From: an uncultured bacterium
GTDB lineage: Bacteria; Zixibacteria; MSB-5A5; CAIYYT01
Length of the DNA stretch: 63,213 nt
Assembly: GCA_903930455.1 (NCBI GenBank)
Contig: CAIYYT010000054.1
Span: 1 to 63,213 of the forward strand
Reading direction: 5' to 3'
A program made the position numbers and the translations under genes. The stretch's first letter is position 1. Every line of letters starts with the position of its first letter. A model generated the notes under the pieces. That model worked only from the letters and a program-made list of their open reading frames with translations. It did not search any database and was not told the DNA's origin. Below are positions 46,801-54,442 of this stretch, piece after piece.

Positions 46801-48067
46801 CATCTGGCTTCTCCGTATCGTTTACCGTTACGAGAAATTTGCAGGTGTCGACGTTGCCCGATAGATCGATCCCGATGGCAATCACTTCGGTCTGGCCGAT
46901 CGCGAAGAAGGAACCCGACGGAAGCGTCACATAAATGTCCTTGTCAGAGAAGGAGCAGTTGTCATAGCCGGTCACGTTGAAATTGATCAACGCCCCGCAG
47001 GAACCTGGGTCGTTGTTCTGGACAATATTGCCCGGACAGGTCACGTGAGGTCGTTCGTTATCGTTGATCTGCACGTTGAAGTAACAAGTGTCAGCATTTC
47101 CGGAGGCGTCAGTGGCAGTCGCCATCACTTGATGAGTACCCACAGCCCAGTGTGAACCGGACGGTGCAGACAACACAACCACAGGATTCGGATCGCAGTC
47201 GTCCGTCGCCGTCACTTCGTAATTCACGACAGCATCACATTGGCCCGGATCGTTACTCTGGACAATCTCCGCAGGGCATGCTATTTTCGGCTTTTGCGTA
47301 TCGTTGATCGTCACCATAAACGAACAACTATCCTGATTTCCGGAAGCGTCTTTGGCTTTCAACCATACCGTGGTCACACCGACCGGGAAGATAGTGCCGG
47401 AGGGATGGTCGGACGAAGTCGTCACGCCCGGGCAATTATCCGAAACGCTCATAACATAGTCGACAAGCGCGCCACAGATGTCAGGATCGGTACCCTGCAC
47501 GATATCCTGGGGGCAATTGATCGTGGGGCGTTCGGTGTCTTTGACAATGACCTTGAAGGAGCAGGTGCCCTCGTTACCGGAAGCATCGGTCACCACCGGC
47601 GTAATCATGGTCACCCCTACGGGATAGAAAGACACCCGCTGCTTGCCGAGAGGACTGGTAATTGAGCAGTTGTCGGCGGCGGTGATATCATAGGAGACAT
47701 AAGCGCCACACTGTCCCGGTTCGTTGTCGACCGTGATATCGGCGGGACAGACCACCACCGGGGGAGTCTTGTCGACAACCGTCACAGTGGCCTCGCAGGT
47801 GTCGGCTAGTCCACTCGTAGCGACGACGATCAGCTTGACCAGCGTCTCGCCAAGAGGATAGGGACCGGCCGGGATCTGAATAAATGAGAGTGTGTCACCA
47901 CTGGGATCATAGGAGCCGTCATTAATGCTCGCCATGGCAACACAATTTGAGTCCGCTTCAACGGTTACGTTGTTGCACATAGCAACCGGCGGTTCAGCGG
48001 CCCAGGCCATCGAACCTAAGCAAGTTGCAATCCAGAGAACGAACAGAATCCTTAACATCTGTCTCAT
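43898..48067 (-). CDS. Giant surface protein: about 7 HYR (hyalin-repeat) domains, a CarboxypepD_reg-like domain, a duplicated two-module unit, and a T9SS-type C-terminal sorting domain
   Basis: Signal peptide. Repeats of the form DT.KP...CP.DIV...D.G.CGA.V.......DNC....V....PSGS.F..G.T.V...A.DASGN.D.C.F.V..N. C-terminal NYPNPFNPET...LAIYNILGDKI...GVYFYKL. Confidence 0.85.
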   Translation of the reverse strand: MRQMLRILFVLWIATCLGSMAWAAEPPVAMCNNVTVEADSNCVAMASINDGSYDPSGDTLSFIQIPAGPYPLGETLVKLIVVATSGLADTCEATVTVVDKTPPVVVCPADITVDNEPGQCGAYVSYDITAADNCSITSPLGKQRVSFYPVGVTMITPVVTDASGNEGTCSFKVIVKDTERPTINCPQDIVQGTDPDICGALVDYVMSVSDNCPGVTTSSDHPSGTIFPVGVTTVWLKAKDASGNQDSCSFMVTINDTQKPKIACPAEIVQSNDPGQCDAVVNYEVTATDDCDPNPVVVLSAPSGSHWAVGTHQVMATATDASGNADTCYFNVQINDNERPHVTCPGNIVQNNDPGSCGALINFNVTGYDNCSFSDKDIYVTLPSGSFFAIGQTEVIAIGIDLSGNVDTCKFLVTVNDTEKPDVECPADIVRDNDLGQCGAIANFEYSAHDNCMQGLTVVADPPSGSFLNLGTTEVTVTATDASGNADTCHFDVTINDTEKPQVTCPANIVVGVNPDDTGKVVEFVTEAKDNCSNVSVVATPASGSFFLLGITPVVVKATDAAGLVDSCVFTVEVKTALHPDYSIDANPDTIFTMAGQSDSIIYWIDLKSIDGFGYPVDLFASGIPSGTILNLGTSSLTPPGMTTLGGHTGVTTPAGTYEITISAVWPTKKGQHDTKVYLVVKPCQEAPIPAVSEDEFDLVIEEGQSLPYDSVFVTNGASCGIFYWLASSDQTWVSPDPSYGQVSAGDYPGSLLKLKYSTASLAPNTYVAHLIVDNFPPKAKPVSGATITINLTVNSKPPTSCVNGMIVDVGHNPISGATVELYDVYPPSGSPIATTISGIDGSYELCPLPEKPATFTVRAYKAGYYPDYRETGFPATDLVLILRPNGGSVAPTYEWVDLYCKYFALFQGAPVLPGSVVEAYDPQGVLCGQWIVSQAGTYGFMAVYADDSLYTAVDEGCRPGDLITIKVDGFVATMANGPIHWGANGDRYEACFDVTPVPPTHCLILKQGWNLVSWNVDTPNDSIMILAKDVTDNVDVILSFEQGALTYDPLLPRFSSLLYADHLHGFWFRMNAEDTLCVEGPVVAASTPIDLEQSWNLVSYLPLVPYTVPVALASIFDKVVVVLGYDQGALTYDPAYPQFYNNWEMKRDLGYWIKTTGVATLTYPEPGPLYAKAVGGSHTSSTTLRVASSNTWISLYGYDVKQNGETLPVGSVIEAYDASGALVGESVVRTAGQFGFMPVYGAETLTGDAVGKSAGSVITLKVNGEVAEQTVTWTGNGDRIRINELTTAGKNNGNLPTSFTLKQNYPNPFNPETAIDYVVGQSGHIELAIYNILGDKIKTLVSGYQAAGSYTIKWKADTDGGTSVASGVYFYKLTAGDYTETRKMSLLK

Positions 48068-48403
48068 GGTTACCTCCTAAAAGTTAATCAATGCTTCTTT
48101 CGAACTTGTGTCCAACAATCGTGATTCTGATGCCGCCACCTCGGAAAGGTCGCAACAACCTCGCGATAACAGAAGTAAAACGCTTTCGTTACTGCATTCC
48201 CTGCCCAAAAGAGTAGAACACCAAGCAGTACTCAAGTTGTGTTTGAAGTTATGGAATTGTTAAACACAAAGTCAAGAATGAAATCCTTTGTGCGGTTTTG
48301 CCGCCCGGACAAACACGACGGATTGTGTATGCTATGGCGGTGTGAGGTTTCGCCAGAGACAGCGTCAGGAGCACGGGGCACGCGTGAGGTAATGTGTTGT
48401 GTC

Positions 48404-48458
48404 GGGGCTACCCCATGTGGTTGCCCTCGTGAGGGTAGCCACGCGGGGCTACCCCTAC
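48404..48458. repeat. REP-like compound palindrome
   Basis: GGGGCTACCCC ... GTGGTTGCCCTC-gtg-AGGGTAGCCAC ... GGGGCTACCCC. Confidence 0.55.
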
Positions 48459-48472
48459 AAATGGGGAATCTA

Positions 48473-48572
48473 CGGATCGGCAGATCAAAACCGCTCGGTC
48501 CTTGACAATCTGTGGTTGCGCATTTCCGAATCTCATATTATCGTTCATCATGTCAGGATTGTAGGTCAGGCG
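48473..48572 (+). repeat. Conserved leader element, copy 1 (upstream of the GNAT gene)
   Basis: Aligns with 49401-49492. The 31-nt core TCTCATATTATCGTTCATCATGTCAGGATTG is identical in both copies. Confidence 0.7.
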
Positions 48573-48640
48573 ACGATGCTGGATCATCCGAAGATGGGAT
48601 CAATCAGCCAATACGGTATACGTTGATACAGGAGTATGAC

Positions 48641-49141
48641 ATGATTCGTGAAGTCGAAGAAACCAAGTTCGTCGAACAATTTTATGACTTGATGGCAGAG
48701 GTCGAATGTGGTTCTCATTTCGATTTCGGTAATCCTCGGCACGACGAGTGGTTGCGCAGGAGAATATCGAGACACTACTACCGCGGAGTCAAGTTCTTTG
48801 GGTACTACCTTGAAGATGACAAACCGGTTGGATTTGCAGGATTGCTCGCTGAGGAAAAACTGGAAGGTGTAGCCTGTTTCGGGCAGATGACAGAACTACT
48901 GGACATTGGGATTTTCCCCGAGTATCGAGGCAAGGGATATGGCAAAGAGCTATTGAAATACGCTGAGGACTACTCCCGTGAATTCGGGGCCTACTGTATG
49001 TACATGGCCACCTATGCAAGAAGCCGTGAGACTATTGCTTTCTATGGCAGCCACGGATTCGTTCCGGTTGCGACCTTGCCGGATGTCCATGGTCCTGGCG
49101 ATGAGGGGACTGTCCACATGAGAAAGATTATTAGACGTTAG
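48641..49141 (+). CDS. GNAT-family N-acetyltransferase
   Basis: AcCoA motif IFPEYRGKGYGKELL. The ATG at 48641 is preceded by AGGAG. The upstream part of the track ORF is REP/leader sequence. Confidence 0.8.
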   Translation: MIREVEETKFVEQFYDLMAEVECGSHFDFGNPRHDEWLRRRISRHYYRGVKFFGYYLEDDKPVGFAGLLAEEKLEGVACFGQMTELLDIGIFPEYRGKGYGKELLKYAEDYSREFGAYCMYMATYARSRETIAFYGSHGFVPVATLPDVHGPGDEGTVHMRKIIRR

Positions 49142-49176
49142 TTGAGTAGATACCGTCTTTCATATCAATCGTATTG

Positions 49177-49230
49177 GTAGGTCAAGCCCACTCGGGGCTT
49201 GACGTCACGCCACGAGTCGGCGTGATCTAC
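49177..49230. repeat. REP-like double hairpin (GTAGGTCA...TGATCTAC type)
   Basis: GTAGGTCAAGCCC-actc-GGGGCTTGAC followed by GTCACGCC-acgagtc-GGCGTGATCTAC. Confidence 0.55.
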
Positions 49231-49288
49231 TCGACTGGGAACCCAACCCAGTTTACTGCCCCTCCCTATTCGTTCGTTCGTCCTAAGC

Positions 49289-49357
49289 CCGTTCGTCCTG
49301 AGCTTGTCGAAGGATGAACGGACGCCTCTTGCCCTTCGACAAGCTCAGGGCGAACGG
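49289..49357. repeat. Long near-perfect palindrome (25-nt arms)
   Basis: CCGTTCGTCCTGAGCTTGTCGAAGG ... CCTTCGACAAGCTCAGGGCGAACGG, with 1 mismatch. Confidence 0.6.
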
Positions 49358-49400
49358 CGTCGAAGCAGGGTAGCCCACAGCTTGCTGTGGATTGGTTGAC

Positions 49401-49492
49401 CGGATCGAAATCTCTCGGTTCTTGTCAATCTATAGTTGCGAATCTCCGCGTCTCATATTATCGTTCATCATGTCAGGATTGCAGGTCAGGCG
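49401..49492 (+). repeat. Conserved leader element, copy 2 (upstream of the orphan ORF)
   Basis: See copy 1. It runs directly into another GTAGGTCAGGC-type REP (49481-49541). Confidence 0.7.
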
Positions 49493-49584
49493 TTCTTGAG
49501 GCTTGACGGCAATTGTCAAGGCACGGGAGGGCGTGACCTACACAACTGTTCCATGAGACGATTCGATGGAAAGCGAGGAGTACG

Positions 49585-50010
49585 ATGACGTTCAAAGAAT
49601 TGGATCACGAACTACCAAATGGGTTTCACGATGCGATACTCCATGATCTGAGGATTGATTACCTGAGGGGGTCTGCTGTCTTGCGCATGGAGTTGGACTT
49701 TGGAGACCCCGACGGCCCGAAGCCGGAGGATTACAGATCGGGAGAGGTGAAGGTCACAGGGATGTGCTTCTGCTCAATTGACCCACCCTCTCATGACCAT
49801 CCGTACGTGCCGGACGGGTATCCCCTAAACGTCTCAGGGGACCCTGCTAAACCCGACAGGTTCCCCGCGTTTGAAGAACTCTCTCGGACTCTTCCTCCAG
49901 GGGTTTTGTGCTATCGATTCTACGTGGATGAGTGGAACTCGTTCATCAACATAGCTGCTAAGGACGTTCAGATTTCCTGGGTTGACGAGGGAACACGGGC
50001 AGTTGAGTAG
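49585..50010 (+). CDS. Hypothetical small acidic protein (orphan)
   Basis: 141 aa. GAGGAG SD 6 nt upstream of the ATG. No family recognised. Confidence 0.6.
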   Translation: MTFKELDHELPNGFHDAILHDLRIDYLRGSAVLRMELDFGDPDGPKPEDYRSGEVKVTGMCFCSIDPPSHDHPYVPDGYPLNVSGDPAKPDRFPAFEELSRTLPPGVLCYRFYVDEWNSFINIAAKDVQISWVDEGTRAVE

Positions 50011-50051
50011 GTTGGGTTCGCACGCTCGGAAAGGAACTCGCTCAACAGACA

Positions 50052-50077
50052 GGCGGATGGCCTTGCAACCATCCGCC
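50052..50077. terminator. Hairpin between convergent genes (no clear T-tract)
   Basis: GGCGGATGG-ccttgcaa-CCATCCGCC, a perfect 9-bp stem. Confidence 0.35.
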
Positions 50078-50108
50078 CGTGAGTGGAGAGAGTCCTGGAA
50101 AGGATGGG

Positions 50109-50969
50109 CTATTTTACGGGGAAGTAGCCAACTTCCCTGACGATCTTCTGGCCGGTCTCTGAGAGAGCGTAGTTAACCAGCTTCTTGATGTCGCCGGTCG
50201 GCTTCGATGTCAGATACCAGAAGAGATACCGTGACAGCGGATAGGTTCCGGCTTTGATGTTCTCTTCAGTCGGCAAATACCCCGTAGATTTGTCGTCTTT
50301 CTTGATCTTGCAGTCTCTTACTCCCTTGGCATAGGCGGCGCCGCCGTAACCGATTCCATTCTTGTCCTTGGCGACCGCATTGACAATCGCTGCCGTGCCG
50401 GGAAGAGTCTGCGTTTGAGCAGCAAAGTCTTCCCCCATCAGAACATTGTCTTTGAAGAATGAGTAAGTCCCGGAGCTGTTCTCACGTCCGTAAAGGATGA
50501 TCTTGGCGTCCGGGCCTCCAATTTCCTTCCAGTTCGTGATCTCGCCCGTGTAGATGGCCTTAAGTTGCGCCATGTTCAGTTCTGTCACCGGATTCTGCTC
50601 ATTCAGGTAGACCGACAGACCGTCGCGAGCAACCGCAATCTCTACGCCCGGGCTGTTGAAGCGCTCTTTCAGCTTGTCGATTTCCGCAGGTTTAATCGAG
50701 CGCGAAGCTTCGCAGATATCGGTTGAGCCGTTAATCAGAGCTGCGATACCGACACCAGAACCGCCCCCGGTGACCTGAATCACCACATTAGGATTCTGAG
50801 CCATATACGCTTCGGCCCAACGCTGCCCCAACGGGAGCATCGTATCGGAACCTTTCAGCGTAATGGTGGTCTTGCCAGCAGCCTGAATACCTACCGTGCA
50901 AAGAAGTGTTGTGGCGACGACGGCGAACAGGATCGCCATCAGTTTCGCAAGTGTTGTTGATTTCATCAT
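50109..50969 (-). CDS. pstS: Phosphate ABC transporter substrate-binding protein (PstS family)
   Basis: Signal peptide, GSDTMLPLGQRWAEAY, TGGGSGVGIAALINGSTDI. Confidence 0.85.
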   Translation of the reverse strand: MMKSTTLAKLMAILFAVVATTLLCTVGIQAAGKTTITLKGSDTMLPLGQRWAEAYMAQNPNVVIQVTGGGSGVGIAALINGSTDICEASRSIKPAEIDKLKERFNSPGVEIAVARDGLSVYLNEQNPVTELNMAQLKAIYTGEITNWKEIGGPDAKIILYGRENSSGTYSFFKDNVLMGEDFAAQTQTLPGTAAIVNAVAKDKNGIGYGGAAYAKGVRDCKIKKDDKSTGYLPTEENIKAGTYPLSRYLFWYLTSKPTGDIKKLVNYALSETGQKIVREVGYFPVK

Positions 50970-50996
50970 TTTCTCCTTTATGTATACTACGCTAGT

Positions 50997-52265
50997 TTAT
51001 ATCGTGAACTGGAACTGCAAGGTGAAACGATTGTCTTTGGGATCGTACGGTGATTTAGAGACCAGCGACCCGTCCTTCAGCAGTCGCGGCATGTCATACG
51101 CGGCCGTGATCCTAACCCATGAATCCCAGAAGTAATGTACAGCCAGCGACATGGTGCCAGTGGCATCGTCTTTCTTTTTCAAACTATTGTCAGTGTAATC
51201 GCCATGGACATTCGGATCCCAGAAATCGTAGCGCGCGGCGGCGGCGAACTTTTTGCCGAGTGTCTGCGACAACCAGAAGTAGAATCCTTTACCAGTCGCC
51301 ATCTTGTCGCTGGCTGAACTGCTGTAATCATCACCATAATAGAATTCCGTACGCACCGCACTGCCCCCTACCGGCAACATGTCGAAATACGCCTGAGCAT
51401 CAACGCCGTATCTGCGCTTGTTGTATTCCGAGGCCGCGACCGCGGCCTTGGCCGGTGTTGTCTTGATTTCGGTCGCTTGCATAATTCCATCGCCGTTTGC
51501 GTCAAACCAGGTAGTGGTCCCCGCTACGGCGGCGGAACCAGCGATAGTCTTCTTGCCCCAGTAACCGGAGACGCCAAGATCGACCATACCCAGTTTGGCT
51601 TTGGCGCGAGCGATGATGTCTTTTTGCTTGGTCGGATCAAACCAGGTAAAGGTCGCGTCGTTGATGCCGTACCCTTGGAATGCGCCGACGTTGAATTGCA
51701 GATATTTCGGCAAGGCCCAGGTCAGATTGATACCGCGATCGCGTTCGCCATTGAACAGGAAGTTTTCTGCGTTGCTTCTCTCCGGAAAATCGCGCTTGGA
51801 AGATGAGTATTCGATTTCATAACCAAACGGCCAGTTTTGTTGACCGACTGTCAGTGCGAAGTTATTCTGTCGGAATCGTTTGTACAATTCGACGTAAGCT
51901 TCTTTCAACGACACGGTGTTCTTCGAAGCATCGAAGTAGATCACGTACTTGCTTGAAGTTCCGGGCTGGAATGTGAATTTGATGCGACCACGGCGAATAT
52001 AGAAGTTGCTGTTGGAATTCGGAGCCGTTCCGCCTAGGACAGTGTCGATATACTCATAGCGCGCCTGAAGGTAACCCGACACCTTGAGGTATTTCAGGAT
52101 ACCAGCGTCCGAGTTCAACGTATTCAGGTTTTCGCCGACACCATCCAATTTTTCTCGCAACGTTTGCACGACTTCTTTAAGGCTGTCGGTCTCGCTCTGC
52201 GCTCGCGCCTCCTGGCCGATCATCAGTGTCATTACGAACAGCGCTAACAGTACTCTTGCTCTCAT
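50997..52265 (-). CDS. Putative outer-membrane porin (possibly phosphate-selective O/P type)
   Basis: Signal peptide ending ARAQ, alternating beta-strand pattern, aromatic C-terminal strand TLQFQFTI. Co-directional and adjacent to pstS. Confidence 0.6.
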   Translation of the reverse strand: MRARVLLALFVMTLMIGQEARAQSETDSLKEVVQTLREKLDGVGENLNTLNSDAGILKYLKVSGYLQARYEYIDTVLGGTAPNSNSNFYIRRGRIKFTFQPGTSSKYVIYFDASKNTVSLKEAYVELYKRFRQNNFALTVGQQNWPFGYEIEYSSSKRDFPERSNAENFLFNGERDRGINLTWALPKYLQFNVGAFQGYGINDATFTWFDPTKQKDIIARAKAKLGMVDLGVSGYWGKKTIAGSAAVAGTTTWFDANGDGIMQATEIKTTPAKAAVAASEYNKRRYGVDAQAYFDMLPVGGSAVRTEFYYGDDYSSSASDKMATGKGFYFWLSQTLGKKFAAAARYDFWDPNVHGDYTDNSLKKKDDATGTMSLAVHYFWDSWVRITAAYDMPRLLKDGSLVSKSPYDPKDNRFTLQFQFTI

Positions 52266-52618
52266 TTAGGTCCTCCACTAATAAGAAGCATTTTTCGTTT
52301 CTTGTCCTCGGCAGATAGAACGAGCGCGGCGTTAGCGGTGAATGTGATGAATGTTAGTTCTTCGTTAGACGAGCGTCTCGAGGGCTTCTGGATTTCAAAG
52401 ACCTGTAGTGGATCGGCCAAATAAACCCATGTGATTGGACGGTAGTAATTACAGTGTCATAAATTTCGACAACATTCCGCTATTCCTGACATATTTGACT
52501 GAACCGATTGCTGAAGGTTGAAATCACGTCACATGTAACGCAATCAACCTCTATCTGTTACGTGTATTACCTCAAGAATTGAATCAATGGCATGGTACTT
52601 GCTTCCTTTTAGTAGGTT

Positions 52619-53365
52619 ATGATAAAATTGTTTAGACAACAGTATGAGGATGCAACCGTGAAAATATTCTCCTTTCTACTCGCCCTGATCTTGCTCATCG
52701 CTCCTGCAACTCTGTTTGCAATCCCGAGTTTTACCGGCTTTCTTTCTACGCCATCCGGCGTCACTGCTTCCATAACTTCGCCAAAGGGTTGGGATGCGGC
52801 TAATGGCGGATTTACAATCTCATGGACGATTTCCCAGATATCTGCCAGCGACTGGTACTACCAGTACACATTAAGCAACGCCACCGGAGGCGAACTTGGC
52901 AAGGATCCCAGCCATTTGATCGTCGAAATTTCGCCAAATGCCACGGCAAATGATTTCTGGAGCTTTAATGGCGGTGAGGAAATCAATACCTATTCCTCCG
53001 CTAATCCATCGAACCCGAACATGCCGGGACCGATGTACGGCGTCAAGATGGCCGGCGTGCAGAACTCCGGCTCAGGATTGTTCGAGTATTCTTTCCATTC
53101 GTACAAGGCCCCGACCTGGGGAGACTTCTACGCCAAAGACGGGAAGGTCGATGGGATTGACGTCACAGCTTGGAATGAGGATTTCCTTCAGACTGATCCG
53201 ACGGCACCCGCTCAGAGCGGCTTACTTCAGGATGTTACCGGTACGTATATAAACAAGATTCTTCGTCCCGACACTCAATCGACAGTCGTTCCGGAACCGG
53301 GAACGATTATGCTACTGGGGCTCGGACTCAGCGGTATCGGCCTGCTTCGTCGCAAGCGGTCGTAG
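52619..53365 (+). CDS. PEP-CTERM sorting-domain protein
   Basis: C-terminal VPEPGTIMLLGLGLSGIGLLRRKRS. The GTG at 52658 (VKIFSFLLALILLIAPATLFA) is a likely alternative start. Confidence 0.8.
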   Translation: MIKLFRQQYEDATVKIFSFLLALILLIAPATLFAIPSFTGFLSTPSGVTASITSPKGWDAANGGFTISWTISQISASDWYYQYTLSNATGGELGKDPSHLIVEISPNATANDFWSFNGGEEINTYSSANPSNPNMPGPMYGVKMAGVQNSGSGLFEYSFHSYKAPTWGDFYAKDGKVDGIDVTAWNEDFLQTDPTAPAQSGLLQDVTGTYINKILRPDTQSTVVPEPGTIMLLGLGLSGIGLLRRKRS

Positions 53366-53397
53366 CCTAGTCGATTCGTAGAATCCCCAAAACGATC

Positions 53398-53433
53398 AAG
53401 CCGAGCCCATAAGGGCTCGGCTTCTTATTTTCT
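53398..53433 (+). terminator. Rho-independent terminator
   Basis: AAGCCGAGCCC-ataa-GGGCTCGGCTT followed by CTTATTTTC. Confidence 0.7.
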
Positions 53434-53479
53434 ATGATGTCAGGTATATGATGTCGGCAGACTGATCGCTGCATCATGC

Positions 53480-54436
53480 CTACTTCCTCTTCAGCACCCG
53501 CTTTACGGCAACAACGATATCTTCCGACTTCAGACCGAAAGCGCGTAGCAGTTCGTCGGGCTGGCCGGACTGTCCGAAACGGTCCATTACCGCGACGAAT
53601 TCCTGCGGGACGGGCACATGGCTGACCAACACTTCGGCAACGGCGCTTCCCATGCCGCCATAAACTTGATGCTCTTCCGCGGTCACTATAGCGCCACACT
53701 CACGGGCGGTGCGAATTATCAGCTCGCGGTCTATTGGTTTGATCGTATGCAGGTTGATTACGCGACAGTCAATACCTTGCTTTCCCAAAACTTCAGAAGC
53801 CACCAGCGCTTCATAGACCATCACACCGCAAGCGATAATCGCAGCATCACCGCCATCGTGCAGGACAACTCCCTTGCCGAATTCGAACGGCGTGGATTCG
53901 TCGGTCAGTGTCGGTACGGCCTCGCGACCAAAACGGAGGAAGACGGGGCCGTCGATGTATGCCGCCGCCATCGTGGCGCGTTTGCTTTGCCAGTAATCAC
54001 AGGGGACGATCACTTTCATATTCGGCAAAGAGCGCATCATAGCGATGTCCTCCATAGCCTGATGAGTGGCGCCGTCGGGGCCAACGGAAATACCGCCATG
54101 TGCGCCGCAGACCTTGACATTGGCGTTGGAGTAGCAAATCGAAATGCGAATTTGATCCATACAGCGGCAGGTCGAAAAGACGCTATAGGTCGAATAGAAC
54201 GGAATCTTGCCGATCAACGACAATCCGGTGGCTACGGCGGCCATGTTTTGCTCGGCGATACCCATCTGTATAAATCGCTCAGGGAAACGACGCGCAAAGA
54301 AACCGGCATTGACCGAGTCGGTGACATCAGCAGCCAGTACGACAATCCGTTCATCCTTTTCGCCGAGTTCAACCAGCGCGTGGCCAAACCCTTCGCGGGT
54401 TTTCTTCATTTCAAGCTTCGTCAGTTCTTTTAACAT
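53480..54436 (-). CDS. Transketolase, C-terminal (pyrimidine-binding) subunit
   Basis: FIQMGIAEQNM and related motifs; 318 aa. Pairs with the upstream N-terminal subunit. Confidence 0.9.
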   Translation of the reverse strand: MLKELTKLEMKKTREGFGHALVELGEKDERIVVLAADVTDSVNAGFFARRFPERFIQMGIAEQNMAAVATGLSLIGKIPFYSTYSVFSTCRCMDQIRISICYSNANVKVCGAHGGISVGPDGATHQAMEDIAMMRSLPNMKVIVPCDYWQSKRATMAAAYIDGPVFLRFGREAVPTLTDESTPFEFGKGVVLHDGGDAAIIACGVMVYEALVASEVLGKQGIDCRVINLHTIKPIDRELIIRTARECGAIVTAEEHQVYGGMGSAVAEVLVSHVPVPQEFVAVMDRFGQSGQPDELLRAFGLKSEDIVVAVKRVLKRK

Positions 54437-54442
54437 CGTCTC

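Noticed and set aside
48239-48640. Track ORFs 48239-48505 and the N-terminal extension of 48512-49141
   Set aside because: The sequence is REP palindromes and the conserved leader. The GNAT domain starts at the ATG at 48641, which has its own AGGAG SD.
49247-49400. Possible third attC (ACCCAAC ... GTTGACC, about 150 bp)
   Set aside because: The R''/R' candidates exist, but no L''/L' boxes lie at the required spacing. The interior is an autonomous 25-nt-arm palindrome plus a separate CCACAG/CTGTGG hairpin, so it is better explained as REPs.
53618-54433. 271-aa ORF on the + strand
   Set aside because: Antisense to the transketolase C-terminal subunit; shadow ORF.
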